Shown: positions 63,080 to 64,000 of the stretch, piece by piece
Layout: every line of letters begins with the position of its first letter
Position numbering within the stretch: position 1 is the stretch's first letter
Source: Octopus bimaculoides
Lineage: Eukaryota
NCBI RefSeq assembly: GCF_001194135.2
Contig: NC_068986.1
Span: 74,196,776 to 74,260,775, forward strand
DNA: 64,000 nt
Direction of reading: 5' to 3'
Notes under the pieces: generated by a model
The model's database searches: none
Seen by the model: only the letters and a program-made list of their open reading frames with translations
Told to the model about the DNA's origin: nothing
Made by a program: the position numbers and the translations under genes

Positions 63080-63372
63080 GTCCCCCAACATCGCTTGACA
63101 ACCGATGTTGGTGTGTTTACGTCCCTGTAACTTAGTGGTTCAGCAAAAGTGTTCGATACAATAAGTTCTAGGCTTAGAAAGAATAAGTCCTGAGGTCGAT
63201 TTCTTCGACTAAAGGCGGTGCTCCAGCATGGCCAAAGTCAAATGACTGAAGCAAGTAAAAGAGTAAAAGAGTTTCTGTGGAGTGCTCAACCATTTGCACA
63301 TTAATTTCATGAGCAGGCTGTTCCGTTAATTGGATTGACTGGAACCCTCGTTATCATAACCGATGGAGTGAC
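62268..63372 (+). mobile_element. tRNA-derived SINE split by a nested SINE A insertion
   Basis: ...acacgtgt | insert | ctgtggagtgctc... matches the uninterrupted sequence at ~52684-52705. Confidence 0.8.
62484..63272 (+). mobile_element. SINE family A, full copy (gap in microsatellite), nested
   Basis: Complete head and (AAAGAGT) tail. Confidence 0.9.
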
Positions 63373-63844
63373 ACTGATGCCACATAAAAAACACCCAGTA
63401 CACTCTGTAAAGTAGTTGATGTTAGGAAGGGCATCAAGCCATAGAAATCATTTCAAATGAAGCCTGGGGCAGCTCTCCAACTTGCCAGCTACTGTTAAAC
63501 CATCCAAACTATGTCATCATGGAAAATGGACATTAAATGGTAATGATGATGATGATGAAGATGGTGATGGGCATTGCTCCTTATCTTGACTTAATCCTTT
63601 AGCATTCAGATTATTCTGTTAAATGTAATGCTTATTTATTCCTATCATTTTTTATTAATCATGAATTATTTCATAGCTTTGAGATTTCAGTGATGTAATT
63701 GTTTATTTTTAGAATGGCATTGTAGGGAAGGTGAGAGAGGTTGGATCTGGCTGGTTTAAATGCTAAGTGTTGAGTTTCTTCCCCTTCTTTTTGCTCTGAG
63801 ATTTTTGTATTAATCCCCTGAAGCCAGCCTAATAAATATCTTAA

Positions 63845-64000
63845 TCTCTCTCTCTCTCTCTCTCTTCCTTTTTCTCTCTCTCTCTTCCTTTTTCTCTCTC
63901 TCTCTTCCTTTTTCTCTCTCTCTCAATCTCACTCTCTCTCTATCTCTCAATCTCACTCTCTCTCTATCTCTCAATCTCACTCTCTCTCTATCTCTCAATC
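63845..64000. repeat. (TC)n-derived repeat with 24-nt higher-order unit
   Basis: TCTCTCAATCTCACTCTCTCTCTA repeated about 3 times. Confidence 0.88.

Noticed and set aside
63810-63998. RDRERVRL repeat ORF resembling an RS/RD domain
   Set aside because: Translation of a (TC)n higher-order repeat at the window edge.

Overview
AT-rich, microsatellite- and transposon-dense animal genomic DNA from a draft assembly with many N gaps beside (TA)n/(CA)n tracts. The repeat families look like those of octopod cephalopods, so the source is probably Octopus (inference, from recalled repeat sequences). One protein-coding gene is supported: seven internal + strand exons (6644-53039; 1389 nt, 463 codons, GT-AG sites and phases all consistent). 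They encode a disordered N-terminal region and the start of the first PH domain of a PLEKHH1/PLEKHH2-type (MAX-1/CG43867-like) protein, and the gene runs off both ends of the window. The remainder is intronic. It holds a decayed full-length Ty3/Gypsy LTR element (188-4809, minus), several SINE families, TAA-associated R4/Dong-like non-LTR fragments, RTE, CR1/L2 and Penelope-like remnants, Tc1/mariner, piggyBac, hAT and Helitron-like derivatives, and a tRNA-Glu pseudogene. Three observations stand out. (1) The Gypsy element has no tRNA-type PBS but has an 18-nt complement to its own LTR at the PBS position, suggesting self-priming. (2) It sits at the apex of a hairpin made of two inverted hammerhead-ribozyme-like copies. 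(3) Further hammerhead-like motifs occur at 19.5, 37.0 and 62.1 kb, consistent with Penelope-like terminal repeats. No CRISPR, rRNA or prokaryotic system is evident. All alignments and folds were done by eye; no databases were searched.
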